This document shows, one piece after another, positions 1 to 9,349 of a stretch of 64,000 nt of DNA. Position numbers and translations under genes: made by a program. The DNA lies in contig CAXXFL010000002.1 of the NCBI GenBank assembly GCA_963674965.2, positions 192,001 through 256,000 on the forward strand. The letters run 5' to 3'. Numbering within the stretch: position 1 is the first letter of the stretch; each line of letters opens with the position of its first letter. Source of the DNA: a bacterium. GTDB taxonomy: Bacteria > RBG-13-61-14 > DATKZS01. Below the pieces are notes generated by a model. The model was given only the letters and a program-made list of their open reading frames with translations, searched no databases and was not told the origin of the DNA.

Positions 1-1
1 G

Positions 2-160
2 GCCCATAAAGGGGACAAGGATACCTGCGAGTTGCTCCTTAAACTGGGGGCCGACGTCAACGCCAGGAACAAAAAAGGCCAGACGCCCGTCACCATAGCC
101 CTCCTGGCCGACAAGAAAAACGTGGCCAGGTTTCTCGAAAAACAGGGCGGGACCGAATAG
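2..160 (+). CDS. C-terminal end of an ankyrin-repeat protein (5'-truncated by window edge)
   Basis: Frame 2 reads AHKGDKDTCELLLKLGADVNARNKKGQTPVTIALLADKKNVARFLEKQGGTE*; LL.LGADVN...G.TP is the ankyrin signature. Confidence 0.85.
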   Translation, partial: AHKGDKDTCELLLKLGADVNARNKKGQTPVTIALLADKKNVARFLEKQGGTE

Positions 161-201
161 GGAGATCGGATTGACGGCGCTCATCTTGGAAAGGGATTCC
201 G

Positions 202-1695
202 ATGCATAAGAAGTTCGGCTGGCCCATGGCCGCCACCATTATCGCCCTGGCTGTCCTGGTGGTTTCCCACTGCGGCGGCAAGATACCGAGCGGTCCGGGC
301 AAGAAAAAGGCGCCGGCCTACGTGGGCGGTCCTTTCCAGGCCAGGCCGCTTCCGGCCAAGGACGTGGCGCCTCATCCATGTCTTTCGCCCACGAGCTGCA
401 TTCACTCGGACTCGTACAACTCCGACGTTGACGACCTGATGGGACCGCTTGGGGTGGACCCCTTCGTCAAGACGGGCTTTATCGGCATGTGTCCGATTAC
501 CATGTTCGACGGGAAGGGCCGGATGGCGTCCGTCTGCCTCGATAAAGAGGTCATCGGCATGGGCATCACGGCCATTGACCCGGACACGCTCGAGGTGATT
601 GACCGCTACGCCATTCCCATAGATTTCCGGAAGCTTTTCACGGGAGGGGAGGGCGACCAGGGGGTTTCTGTCAACGGTGGCTATTTCCATCTTGACGCGG
701 ACGGCCGGGCCATAGTGGGCACGCAGGACAACCGCTTCCTGGTGCTCGAGCTTCGGCCGGGCAAAGGCGGGGCCCCGAGATGGACGAAGATGAGGGAAGT
801 CGACTTGAACCCTCACCTTCCCAAGGGCCAGGTGCTGATCGACACGGTCCCCGATTGGGAGGGCCATATCTGGTTCGCCTCCTCGGGCGCGGCGATCGGA
901 TACCTGGACGAGCAAGACCGTGTCCGTAAGATGGACCTTCCGGGAGAGTTCATCGAGAACGGACTGGCCGTGGCCGAGGACGGGGTGTTCGTCCTGACCA
1001 GCGACGCCGCCTATCGGTTCGAGATCGGGCCGGACGGCGAGCCTCGCCCTACCTGGCGGGAGGGCTACGAGAGGAGCGCAACGGTAAAGCCCGGCACCTT
1101 CGCCCTGGGTTCGGGATCGACGCCCACCTTGCTCGGCGACGATCTCATTACCTTTACCGACAACGCCGACTCGCGCGTGAACCTCCTGGTCATGAGGAGG
1201 GGGAACGAGGTTGAAGGCTCCCGTACGATATGCAAGGTCCCTCTTTTCGAGGAGGGCAAGAGCGCGGTGGACGTGTCGATGATAGGATACGGCCGCTCGA
1301 TCATTGTGGAAAACATTTACAACGCGGGCGGTTTCCTTTCCGATTATCGCGGTCTCGAGCCGGGCCTCATTCGGATCGACGTGAGGGATGATCTCGGCGG
1401 ATGCGAAGAAGTCTGGGAGGCGCCTATACGGTCCACCACCGTACCCAAGCTTTCCACCAGGAACGGCCTGATCTACACCTATACTCAGGACGTCGATATC
1501 GAGGACCCGGTGGACGCATGGTATTTCACCGCCGTCGACTTCGAGACGGGCCAGGTGGCGTATCGGGTCCTGGCGGGAACGGGAAAAATGTTCGCCAACG
1601 CCTTCGGGGGAGTGGCTATCGGCCCGAACGGGGCCGTCTACCAGGGCGTGGCCGGCGGAGTGGTCTACATGAAGGACGGCAAAAACGGGCAATAG
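202..1695 (+). CDS. Secreted/lipoprotein hypothetical protein, probable beta-propeller
   Basis: 497 aa ORF with N-terminal hydrophobic signal and Cys, short repeated beta-strand motifs, host-like codon usage. Confidence 0.7.
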   Translation: MHKKFGWPMAATIIALAVLVVSHCGGKIPSGPGKKKAPAYVGGPFQARPLPAKDVAPHPCLSPTSCIHSDSYNSDVDDLMGPLGVDPFVKTGFIGMCPITMFDGKGRMASVCLDKEVIGMGITAIDPDTLEVIDRYAIPIDFRKLFTGGEGDQGVSVNGGYFHLDADGRAIVGTQDNRFLVLELRPGKGGAPRWTKMREVDLNPHLPKGQVLIDTVPDWEGHIWFASSGAAIGYLDEQDRVRKMDLPGEFIENGLAVAEDGVFVLTSDAAYRFEIGPDGEPRPTWREGYERSATVKPGTFALGSGSTPTLLGDDLITFTDNADSRVNLLVMRRGNEVEGSRTICKVPLFEEGKSAVDVSMIGYGRSIIVENIYNAGGFLSDYRGLEPGLIRIDVRDDLGGCEEVWEAPIRSTTVPKLSTRNGLIYTYTQDVDIEDPVDAWYFTAVDFETGQVAYRVLAGTGKMFANAFGGVAIGPNGAVYQGVAGGVVYMKDGKNGQ

Positions 1696-1730
1696 GCGCG
1701 GTGAAGGAATTGATGAAGGAAAGGAATAGA

Positions 1731-2555
1731 ATGGGACGGTTTGGGAAAGCGGCGGTTGTTTTACTGGCGGTTGTTTTACTGGGCGCGGCGCCCGAGATCA
1801 AAAAGGTCGAGTCCCTGCAAGGGCCCTTTTTAAAAAGAGGCTACGCGGGATGCGTTCTTATTTGCGACCTCGAGAAGGACGAGTACATGAGCGGCGATCC
1901 CGACAGATGCACGCGCCGCTTTTGTCCCGCCTCCACCTTCAAGATTTTCAACTCCCTGGTTGCCCTGGAAACTGACGTGGCCCTTGGTCCGGATTTCGTC
2001 ATTCAATGGGACGGCAGGAATCGGGGCAGACCTGAGGCCGACAAGGACCTGACCATGCGTGAGGCCATGGACCTTTCCGCCGTGTGGTACTACCAGGAAC
2101 TGGCGAGGCGGATCGGCAAGGAGAGGATGCATAAATACGTTGACCTCTACGGCTACGGCAACCGGGACCTGGCCTGCGGCATAGATACTTTCTGGCTGAA
2201 GGGGTGCCTCGAGATAAGCCCGCTCGAGCAGGTCGAGCTGTTGAAGTCCCTTTATCGTCGCGAGCTTCCCTTTAAAAAGGAAAACCAGGACGCGGTCTAT
2301 TCCATTCTTCCCGAGTACAAGGGCGATGGGTTCAGGATCAAGGCCAAGACCGGGACGTCGAGAAAAGAAAGATTCGTTAACTGCTGGTACGTGGGTTATC
2401 TCGAACTGGAGAAGGGAAAGACCTACGCCTTCGCCACCAACTTCGAGAGCGACTCGAGGGACTTCGAGGCCCTGGCCGAGGCGAGGCTGGGAATTTCCCT
2501 CGAGGCCTTCCAGGCGCTTGGTCTTATCGGACCGCCCGGTGACTCGCGGAAGTAG
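1731..2555 (+). CDS. Class D (OXA-like) beta-lactamase / penicillin-binding protein
   Basis: PASTFK, SAVW, YGN, DTFWL and KTG motifs; signal peptide; ATG 1731 after AAGGAA (ORF-track start at 1401 is over-extended). Confidence 0.85.
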   Translation: MGRFGKAAVVLLAVVLLGAAPEIKKVESLQGPFLKRGYAGCVLICDLEKDEYMSGDPDRCTRRFCPASTFKIFNSLVALETDVALGPDFVIQWDGRNRGRPEADKDLTMREAMDLSAVWYYQELARRIGKERMHKYVDLYGYGNRDLACGIDTFWLKGCLEISPLEQVELLKSLYRRELPFKKENQDAVYSILPEYKGDGFRIKAKTGTSRKERFVNCWYVGYLELEKGKTYAFATNFESDSRDFEALAEARLGISLEAFQALGLIGPPGDSRK

Positions 2556-2639
2556 GCCACCCGCGAACGGCCGGATGGAGGAGACCCATCCGGCGTGGGG
2601 CCTGGTTCCCGAGCGGTCTTTCGGACTTCATGGGCAATC

Positions 2640-3047
2640 TCAGCCGAGTATCTGATTGATCCTGGCCAGGAACTCCTCACGATCGATGGGCTTGGCGATG
2701 AAACCGTCGGGCGGCGGGACGTGTTTTCTGCTCGAGATGAATTTCTCGAACTCCTCGGATTTGTCTCCAAAGCCGGTTACAGCCGTGACCACCAGCACGG
2801 GCGTGTCCTTCAGCGCGTCGCTTTCCTTGACCTCCCGATAGACCTTGACTCCCGACTTCTCGGGCATGGACATGTCAAGCGTGATAAGGTCGGGCTTTTT
2901 CTGCTTGATTATGTCCATGGCCTCGTTTCCGTTGGAGGCCGCCATCGTCTCGTACCCATTGTCCTTTAAAAGGGTCGTCAGGTAAGTCCTCACGTCTCCC
3001 TCGTCGTCCACTACAAGAATAAGCTTTTTCGCGGCGTCTGCTGCCAT
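2640..3047 (-). CDS. Single-domain response regulator (receiver)
   Basis: LVVDDE...PDLITLDMSMP...KP motifs; start MAADAAKK with GAGGAG RBS. Confidence 0.9.
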   Translation of the reverse strand: MAADAAKKLILVVDDEGDVRTYLTTLLKDNGYETMAASNGNEAMDIIKQKKPDLITLDMSMPEKSGVKVYREVKESDALKDTPVLVVTAVTGFGDKSEEFEKFISSRKHVPPPDGFIAKPIDREEFLARINQILG

Positions 3048-3147
3048 GGTTAAACTCCTCCCTAATATTTCCTTCAAAGCGGGACTGGACCCCGACGCTC
3101 GCCGGCGGTCCCGCGCCTCGACTCGACGATCTTCTCCCGGGCGAGTC

Positions 3148-3657
3148 CTATTCGCCCTTCAATACCTTCAGCGCCTTGGCCAGTTTCTCCGGGTCGGCGT
3201 TATCCAGGAGGTCCTTGACCTCGTCCTTCATCTCGTCCGGCGACTCGGAGACCTCCATCTTCAAGGCCCGCTTGAGAGCGTTCACGTAGGTGTTAGCCTT
3301 GACGGGCTTCTCGAGATAGGACTCGGGGCCCACGATGGCCTTGCCGCTCATGACGTCCTCGAAGTCCTTCTGGCCCAGGTCGTCCTTGGCGTGGGCCGTG
3401 ACCAGCACCACCGGTATCTTCTGCCAGTCCTTGTTCTTGCGCATCTCATAGAGGAACTTGGCCCCCGATTTCTTCGGCATCACCAGGTCCAAAGAAATGG
3501 CGTCGGGAGCGCTCGTCTTCACCTTCTCGATGGCCTCGACGCCGTCCGCCGCCGTCTCGACCTTGAAGCCCGCGTCCTCGAGCGCGGTCTGAAGAAAAAG
3601 CCTCACGTTCTCCTCGTCGTCGACCACCAACACGGTTTTTTCAGCGGGTGTAGCCAT
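3148..3657 (-). CDS. Response regulator receiver with short helical C-terminal tail
   Basis: LVVDDE...PDAISLDLVMP...EKP; AAGGAG RBS before MATPAEK. Confidence 0.9.
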   Translation of the reverse strand: MATPAEKTVLVVDDEENVRLFLQTALEDAGFKVETAADGVEAIEKVKTSAPDAISLDLVMPKKSGAKFLYEMRKNKDWQKIPVVLVTAHAKDDLGQKDFEDVMSGKAIVGPESYLEKPVKANTYVNALKRALKMEVSESPDEMKDEVKDLLDNADPEKLAKALKVLKGE

Positions 3658-3698
3658 TTTAATCTCCTTCCTGCCATTGGTTATGGTTGATAAGCCCA

Positions 3699-5519
3699 TT
3701 AAGCCTTCTTGTTTTCGCCCGAGCCGGTAAGCTCGGGAAGCCGCGACCTTTTGAACTCGAGACGGAAAGTCGAGCCCTCGCCCTCCGCCGAGCTGAGGTT
3801 GACCCGGCCCCCGTGCTCCTGGGTGATCCTTCTCGTCACCAGAAGTCCCAGGCCCGTGCCCTTGCCCGAGCCCTTGGTCGAGAAAAAGGTGGTGAACACC
3901 TTCTTCTTGACCTCGTAATCCATGCCGCAGCCGTCGTCCCTAACCTCGAAGTAAAGCCAGTCGCCCTCCTCATAGGTCCGCATATGAACGCCGCAGTCCT
4001 TCTTGTCGCTCATCTCGCAGGCGTCAATGGCGTTCGAGACGAGGTTGACCAGGCAAGTGTGAATCCCCTCGTGGTCGAGGTTGGCCGGGGCTACGCCCTC
4101 CTGGAAGTCGGCCGTAAGCCTGACGCCCGACTGGGCCGCCACGTCCTTGTAGAGGTCGTACACCTCGCGCGCGATCAGGCTCGGGTCCTCCACCGTGACC
4201 GACGGGGCCCTGCCGCGGGCGAAGTTCAGAAAATCCTTCACGTAGGTGGTGATGCGCTCGATGTTGTTCTGAAGCATCTCCCAGCCCTTGCGGGTCAGTT
4301 CCCTGTCGTCCTTTTTCATGCCCGAGTTGACCACGTACATGCCGCCCTCGAGGCCGGTCAAAACGTTCTTGATCCCGTGAGCCAGGCCCGCCACGGTCTG
4401 GCCCACCGCGGCCAGCCGCTCGGCCTCCAGCATCTCCCGCTCGAGCTGCTTGATCTCGGAGAGGTCCTGGAAAAAGCCGGCCGCCCCCAGGTATTTGCCC
4501 TCGCTGGTCAGGCTGGTCCCGGTGAAGCGGGCGGGTATCTCGGTCCCCTCCTTGTCCGTGATCCTGGTCTCGATCTGAAAGCCTTCGTCGTTGCCCTCGG
4601 CCAGGGCCTTGACGAACTCGTGGGGAGCGAAGTTCTCGAGCGCTCTTAGGCCGATGACCTCCCTCGATCCGTATTTGAAAAGGCGCTCGGCCGAGGGGTT
4701 GAAGATCATGATCTTGCCCTCCTCGTCGGCCCCAATGATGCCGTCCATGGCCGAGTTGATAAGGCTTTCCTGAAAGTCGAAGGCCTCCTTTAGCCTCTCC
4801 TCCAGTATCTTGGTCTGGGTCACGTCAAGGGCCATCTCGATGACGTGGGTGGGCTTGTCGCCTCCCCGGCTCAAGGGGGCCGTGGTCACGATGTAATGCA
4901 CGGTCCTCCCGTGCTTGTCCGTGCCCACCTGGTAGGTCGTGTGCAGCCCGCCGTCCTCGAAGGTCCTCCGGGCCGGGCAGTCGCCGCAAACGTGGTCCTG
5001 CTGCTTATAGATATGGAAACAGCGCTTGCCGAGTGAGTCGCCGAAGGTCTTCCGGAAAAGCTCGTTGTTCCTCACGATGGTCATTTCCCTGTCGAGCACC
5101 ACCACGTAACAGGGAACGCGGTCGAAAAGGAGGTCGTACTCCCTTTGCAGCCGTCGCGACTCGGTCACGTCGCTGGACATCTCGATCACGTAGGCGACCT
5201 TGCCCTCCTCGTCCTTGATGGGCTCGAGGTGGACCACGTAATAGGAGTCGCGGCCGTCCTTGTTGAGGCGCCATTCCTCGGTTACGCGTCCTTTCCCGTC
5301 GTCGAAAGTAAGCTGGGCCTTGCAGCCCTGGCAGGGGGCCTCCCGGTTCTTGAAGACCTTGAAGCAAAGATGGTCGGGGCCCTCGCCGAACTCCCGGATG
5401 AAACTCTCGTTCGCCTCGACTATGCGGAAGTCGCGGTCGATAATCGCGATGTTCGCGGGTATCCGCTCGAACAGCTCGTTACGGAGCCAGTTTTTAAGTT
5501 CCCCGTCCCGCATGTTCAT
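3699..5519 (-). CDS. Cytoplasmic multi-PAS sensor histidine kinase
   Basis: Three PAS-like repeats (two with Cys-rich C..C motifs), H-box AHGIKN, N-box NLVSNA, G boxes DDGCGM/GTGLGL. Confidence 0.92.
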   Translation of the reverse strand: MNMRDGELKNWLRNELFERIPANIAIIDRDFRIVEANESFIREFGEGPDHLCFKVFKNREAPCQGCKAQLTFDDGKGRVTEEWRLNKDGRDSYYVVHLEPIKDEEGKVAYVIEMSSDVTESRRLQREYDLLFDRVPCYVVVLDREMTIVRNNELFRKTFGDSLGKRCFHIYKQQDHVCGDCPARRTFEDGGLHTTYQVGTDKHGRTVHYIVTTAPLSRGGDKPTHVIEMALDVTQTKILEERLKEAFDFQESLINSAMDGIIGADEEGKIMIFNPSAERLFKYGSREVIGLRALENFAPHEFVKALAEGNDEGFQIETRITDKEGTEIPARFTGTSLTSEGKYLGAAGFFQDLSEIKQLEREMLEAERLAAVGQTVAGLAHGIKNVLTGLEGGMYVVNSGMKKDDRELTRKGWEMLQNNIERITTYVKDFLNFARGRAPSVTVEDPSLIAREVYDLYKDVAAQSGVRLTADFQEGVAPANLDHEGIHTCLVNLVSNAIDACEMSDKKDCGVHMRTYEEGDWLYFEVRDDGCGMDYEVKKKVFTTFFSTKGSGKGTGLGLLVTRRITQEHGGRVNLSSAEGEGSTFRLEFKRSRLPELTGSGENKKA

Positions 5520-5917
5520 TCCTCGCCCAGGGCGCGCCCGACCGCCTCCAAGAGCCTCGAGGCGCCGACCGGCTTCTCGATGAAGGCCGCCGGCTCGGGC
5601 ACGCGCTTGTCGGGTATCAGCTTGCGGAAGCCCCGGCCGTCGAAATCACGCGCCAGGCTGAAGGCGCTGATGATGATGGCGGGCACGTCCTTGTAGCGCT
5701 CGTCCAGCTTGAGGTCCTTGTAAAAGGCTATGCCCGAGCGCCTGGGCATCATGACGTCCAGGGTGACGAGGTCGGGAACGGACTCCTCGAGCCTCGCCCA
5801 GGCCTCGTCGGCGTCGCCCGCCGAGACGACCTCGTAGCCGTTGTCCGAGAGCACCGCGCAAAAATAGGTGACTATATCGGGCTCGTCGTCAACGATCATT
5901 ATTTTTTTCCCAGGCAT
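5516..5917 (-). CDS. Single-domain response regulator (receiver)
   Basis: MIVDDE...PDLVTLDVMMP...EKP; overlaps kinase start by 4 nt. Confidence 0.9.
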   Translation of the reverse strand: MPGKKIMIVDDEPDIVTYFCAVLSDNGYEVVSAGDADEAWARLEESVPDLVTLDVMMPRRSGIAFYKDLKLDERYKDVPAIIISAFSLARDFDGRGFRKLIPDKRVPEPAAFIEKPVGASRLLEAVGRALGEE

Positions 5918-5980
5918 CTTATGTTCCCATCAACCGTTTGGATTCCATCGCTTATATTAGCATGGCCGCCGAGCGGGCCG

Positions 5981-7594
5981 TCAATGCATTTCCCACTCGA
6001 TAAAGCCGGGCTTGGCGTCCTCCATGCAGTTGACGATAAGCTCGACCAGGCCGCCGTAGCTTATATGGCTCTTGTTCCACATGTCGTAATATTTTATCAG
6101 GTCCCGAATCTGGCCCTTGCAGTTGGAGCAGGGAGCGCAAACGTACTTGTCGATCGAGGGGTCGAGCTCGTCCTTGAAGGCCCCCAGAATCTGCTCCATT
6201 TTCTTCCTGCCGCTGACCTGGGCCCTCCAGTCCTCGAAGTTGTGGCCGCTCATGATGGCGAAGCCCGAGCCGCCTCCGCAGCAGTAGTTCTCGACCCCGT
6301 GGGGCGTCATCTCGCGGAACCGGGGCGCGATGCGGTTGAGGATTCGTCTTTGCGGCTGGACGATTCCCATGTTCCGGACCATGTTGCACGGGTCGTGGAG
6401 AGTGACGGGGAAGTCGTTCCGGGACGGATCGAACTTGAGGTTGCCCCTGAACACGATCTCCTCCATGAGGGTCATCGAGCTTTCGCGCCGTATGTTGAGG
6501 TCGCCCGTCAGCACCCGGTCGGCTATGACCGTGAGCGCCTTGTGGGCGTGTCCGCACTCGCCCAGGACCATCTTCTTGACGCCCAGCTTCTGGGCGGCCT
6601 TGGCGTGCTTGATGGCGACCTTGGCCAGCATGAAGTCGTCGTAGAAGAGCCCGTAGTTGATGTTGTCGTAGCCCAGGGCGTCCATGGACTCGCTCGAGAG
6701 GGTCCAGCTTATGCCCGCCGCCTGGAACAGGGCCGCGAAGGCGCCGTGGTTCTCGGGCCAGGCCAGTATCTCGCCCGCGTTATGGATGAGCAGGATATCC
6801 GCTCCTTTCACGTCCCAGGGGGTCTTGATATCCATGCCCGTTTTTTCCGAGGTGTCCTCATCGATGAACTCGATGTTGTCCTTGACCACCTCCGGGTTCA
6901 TGCCGGTGGATGACCCCACCTTGAGCTGAAGCATGGCCCCCCGGTCGTGAAGCTCCTTGGCGTGAATGCCAAGCTCCTGGCTGAAGAGCTTTCTTAGGTC
7001 GTGGGCGATGAGGGCGTTGTCCACCCCGATGGGGCAGGTCTGGGCGCAGCGGCGGCACAGGTTGCACCGGTAGGCCAGCTCGGCCAGGCGCGTGACCGTC
7101 CGCCAGTTGAGGTCGATGTCGCCGTGGCGCCACTTGGCGAAGTACTTGCCGCCGGGCTTGAAGTACTTGAAGTAGACGCGGCGAAGAATCTCGGAGCGGT
7201 AGGTCGGGCGGTAAAGGTCGTTCTTGCCCGAGCTGGTGTAAATGTGGCACGCGTCCGAGCAGGTCTGGCACTTGGCGCAGTTCTCCATCGAGAGGGTCAG
7301 GGGCTGGAGAAAGGTCCAGTTGTTCTCCTTGCTGAAAAGCTTCTCCAGGCCGGATAAAAATTTCCGAACCAGGGCGTCCTCCTCCTCCTTGCTCTTGGGC
7401 TTGGGTATGTTGAGGACCAGGGTGTCGTCAAGAGAAGCGCAGTAATTGCTCCTGGCGTCATCGCTGAGCTTTTTCCAGTCCGGCATGGTCTCGAGACCGT
7501 AAGGCTCGGGAAGAGGAGTGCATTCCATTTTATTAACGTGAGATACCTGATCGACGTCCTTGCTTATGTCCTCTATTTTTAGTTTGTCGGCCAT
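5981..7594 (-). CDS. DsrK-like (HdrD-family) Fe-S protein with CCG domain
   Basis: Two ferredoxin motifs (CAKCQTCSDAC; CNLCRRCAQTC), ECGH, HDPC, CCGGG, PCSNC. Confidence 0.88.
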   Translation of the reverse strand: MADKLKIEDISKDVDQVSHVNKMECTPLPEPYGLETMPDWKKLSDDARSNYCASLDDTLVLNIPKPKSKEEEDALVRKFLSGLEKLFSKENNWTFLQPLTLSMENCAKCQTCSDACHIYTSSGKNDLYRPTYRSEILRRVYFKYFKPGGKYFAKWRHGDIDLNWRTVTRLAELAYRCNLCRRCAQTCPIGVDNALIAHDLRKLFSQELGIHAKELHDRGAMLQLKVGSSTGMNPEVVKDNIEFIDEDTSEKTGMDIKTPWDVKGADILLIHNAGEILAWPENHGAFAALFQAAGISWTLSSESMDALGYDNINYGLFYDDFMLAKVAIKHAKAAQKLGVKKMVLGECGHAHKALTVIADRVLTGDLNIRRESSMTLMEEIVFRGNLKFDPSRNDFPVTLHDPCNMVRNMGIVQPQRRILNRIAPRFREMTPHGVENYCCGGGSGFAIMSGHNFEDWRAQVSGRKKMEQILGAFKDELDPSIDKYVCAPCSNCKGQIRDLIKYYDMWNKSHISYGGLVELIVNCMEDAKPGFIEWEMH

Positions 7595-7599
7595 TTTTA

Positions 7600-8532
7600 T
7601 TACTCCATTTCCTCGGTCGCTATGTCAACCCAGTTCTTTCTGCCATCGCCCTTTATGTGGTCGGCGGCCCAGCTCACGGGGTATTGGACCTGCTCGATTA
7701 TCTTCTTCTCGACGTCGCTTCCCACCTCGTTGGGCTCGTCGTCCCACCTGATCTTGTGGTAGGTGAACCATTTGAGGAAAAAATGGGACATGTGGGTCAT
7801 GGGAATATAGGCCATCAAAAGGGTCGCCAGAACCACCTCGAGTCCAACCAGGAAGGACCCCACTGGACGGTTGAGGTCGAAGGTAATTAGGCCGCCCACG
7901 AAACCGCGCGTCAACTCGAAGTCGCCGTCGGCAAAGGCAAAGGCGAGCCAGGCCACGCCCAGAACGGCCATGAAGGCCACCAGGTTGAACATGGTCCCGA
8001 AAGAGGCGAACTCGCGAAGACCATGGTCGGTCTTCCTTAAAATATAAAGGCCGAAGGCCCCGGCGAAGGCCAGGGTCAAACCAACGAAGGCCAACGCGAT
8101 GGTGGCGTAGTAAACCGCCGCGCCAAGAAAGCCGGCCTGGGCCGAGACGTCCATCCCGATCAGTTCCATCAAGGCCCCGAGCACGATGAGGCCGATCAGG
8201 CCGGCCAGGCAGTACAGCCCGAAGTGGAAAGGGAAGGACCGGTACCAGAGCTTTCGATTGTGCTCGAAAAGGGCGACCAAAAGGGTCATCTCGGGAATCA
8301 TGACCCTAAGCTCTCCCATGAGGGACTTGTCTCTTTCCTTGGTCCACCAGTCGATCTCCTCGAGTATGGAGCCGCCGTAACGGGCTTTTGCGTACTCGTG
8401 GGCGACGGGATAGAGCTCCCACCTAAGATGCATGGGCATCCTCCACATCTTGAAGAAGCGGTAGGCCACCACTCCTCCAAAGGTCGCCACCGCCGCGTAG
8501 ATTATAAGGTGGATTAATACGGTACCGCTCAT
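7600..8532 (-). CDS. DsrM-like (NarI/HdrE family) membrane b-type cytochrome
   Basis: Several TM helices, RWELYPV, FHFG and THMSHF His motifs; adjacent to the DsrK-like gene. Confidence 0.82.
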   Translation of the reverse strand: MSGTVLIHLIIYAAVATFGGVVAYRFFKMWRMPMHLRWELYPVAHEYAKARYGGSILEEIDWWTKERDKSLMGELRVMIPEMTLLVALFEHNRKLWYRSFPFHFGLYCLAGLIGLIVLGALMELIGMDVSAQAGFLGAAVYYATIALAFVGLTLAFAGAFGLYILRKTDHGLREFASFGTMFNLVAFMAVLGVAWLAFAFADGDFELTRGFVGGLITFDLNRPVGSFLVGLEVVLATLLMAYIPMTHMSHFFLKWFTYHKIRWDDEPNEVGSDVEKKIIEQVQYPVSWAADHIKGDGRKNWVDIATEEME

Positions 8533-8598
8533 TATGTCCCTCCTTGAAGTCCTTTTTATTTTTCATGCCCGGCCCGGAGGCGCGGCCATAGTCATAGT

Positions 8599-9060
8599 TC
8601 AGCAGGGCAAGGATTCGCCCCTCTCCTCGTGGGATTCTCCCACCATCTCCATCATCTTGGTCTCGGACAGGTCGTCGAGGCTGTAATCGTAGAGCACGTC
8701 CGTAATCCGGGTATTGATGAGACCCCACATGCGGCGTGATCCGCATACGTCCTTGAACTGGCAGTCCGAGTCGCCGTCAAGGCAGTCCAGGAGCTTGATG
8801 GGTCCAATGGACGCCTCGACGATTTCCCCGATTTTAATGTCTTTAGGTTCCCGGGCCAGGAAGTAACCGCCGTGCTTTCCGATAATGCTTTTGATAAGCG
8901 AGGCATTCTTGAGAGGTACCACGAGCTGTTCGAGGTATCTCATTGAAAGGCCTTGCATTTTGGCGATTTCTTTCAGTCCGATGGGTTTTTCGGCAGAGGC
9001 GTGATCGGCCAGATAGATAAGCATTCTGACCGAGTATCTTGCCCTGGTTGATAGTTTCAT
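8599..9060 (-). CDS. Rrf2-family transcriptional regulator with three Fe-S cysteines
   Basis: MKLSTRARYS...YLEQL...G..GGY.LA; C-x6-C-x5-C. Confidence 0.92.
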   Translation of the reverse strand: MKLSTRARYSVRMLIYLADHASAEKPIGLKEIAKMQGLSMRYLEQLVVPLKNASLIKSIIGKHGGYFLAREPKDIKIGEIVEASIGPIKLLDCLDGDSDCQFKDVCGSRRMWGLINTRITDVLYDYSLDDLSETKMMEMVGESHEERGESLPC

Positions 9061-9074
9061 CTCGCCGCCTTTAG

Positions 9075-9200
9075 TCCTGGTATTCCTATAGGAAAACTAA
9101 TTCGAGGAGCAAAAAAAATTTCGCCCCTTGTCTTTACGGCCTTCCTTTCCATGTCTTTGTCCGCTGTGTTCTTCATCATTCTCCTACCATTCCTATAGGA
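9075..9200. promoter_or_regulatory. Two candidate Rrf2 operator boxes (TCCT-N11-AGGA)
   Basis: TCCTGGTATTCCTATAGGA (9075-9093) and TCCTACCATTCCTATAGGA (9182-9200) upstream of the rrf2 start. Confidence 0.65.
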
Positions 9201-9202
9201 TT

Positions 9203-9231
9203 AATATGTAGTAAAGAACGGATTACGTCAA
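9203..9231 (-). promoter_or_regulatory. Candidate sigma70 promoter of the rrf2-dsrMK-like operon
   Basis: Minus strand TTGACG-17 bp-CATATT. Confidence 0.45.
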
Positions 9232-9349
9232 ATGTCAAGAAAAAAATGAAAACCAAATTAAAAAAAATTGCTTCTTAAATAAAATCAGTCGTTTGTAAAA
9301 GAATTGAGATGGATATAATCTTCTGAAGAGAGTATAAACACGATCTAAA

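Noticed and set aside
181-1692. Long antisense ORFs (also 23323-24681, 27533-28504, 30438-31643, 37484-38653, 59978-61921)
   Set aside because: Shadows of well-supported genes on the opposite strand, typical of high-GC codon bias; no motifs
1401-1730. N-terminal 110 aa of the beta-lactamase ORF (possible BlaR-like fusion)
   Set aside because: Overlaps the upstream gene out of frame; RBS and signal peptide point to a start at 1731
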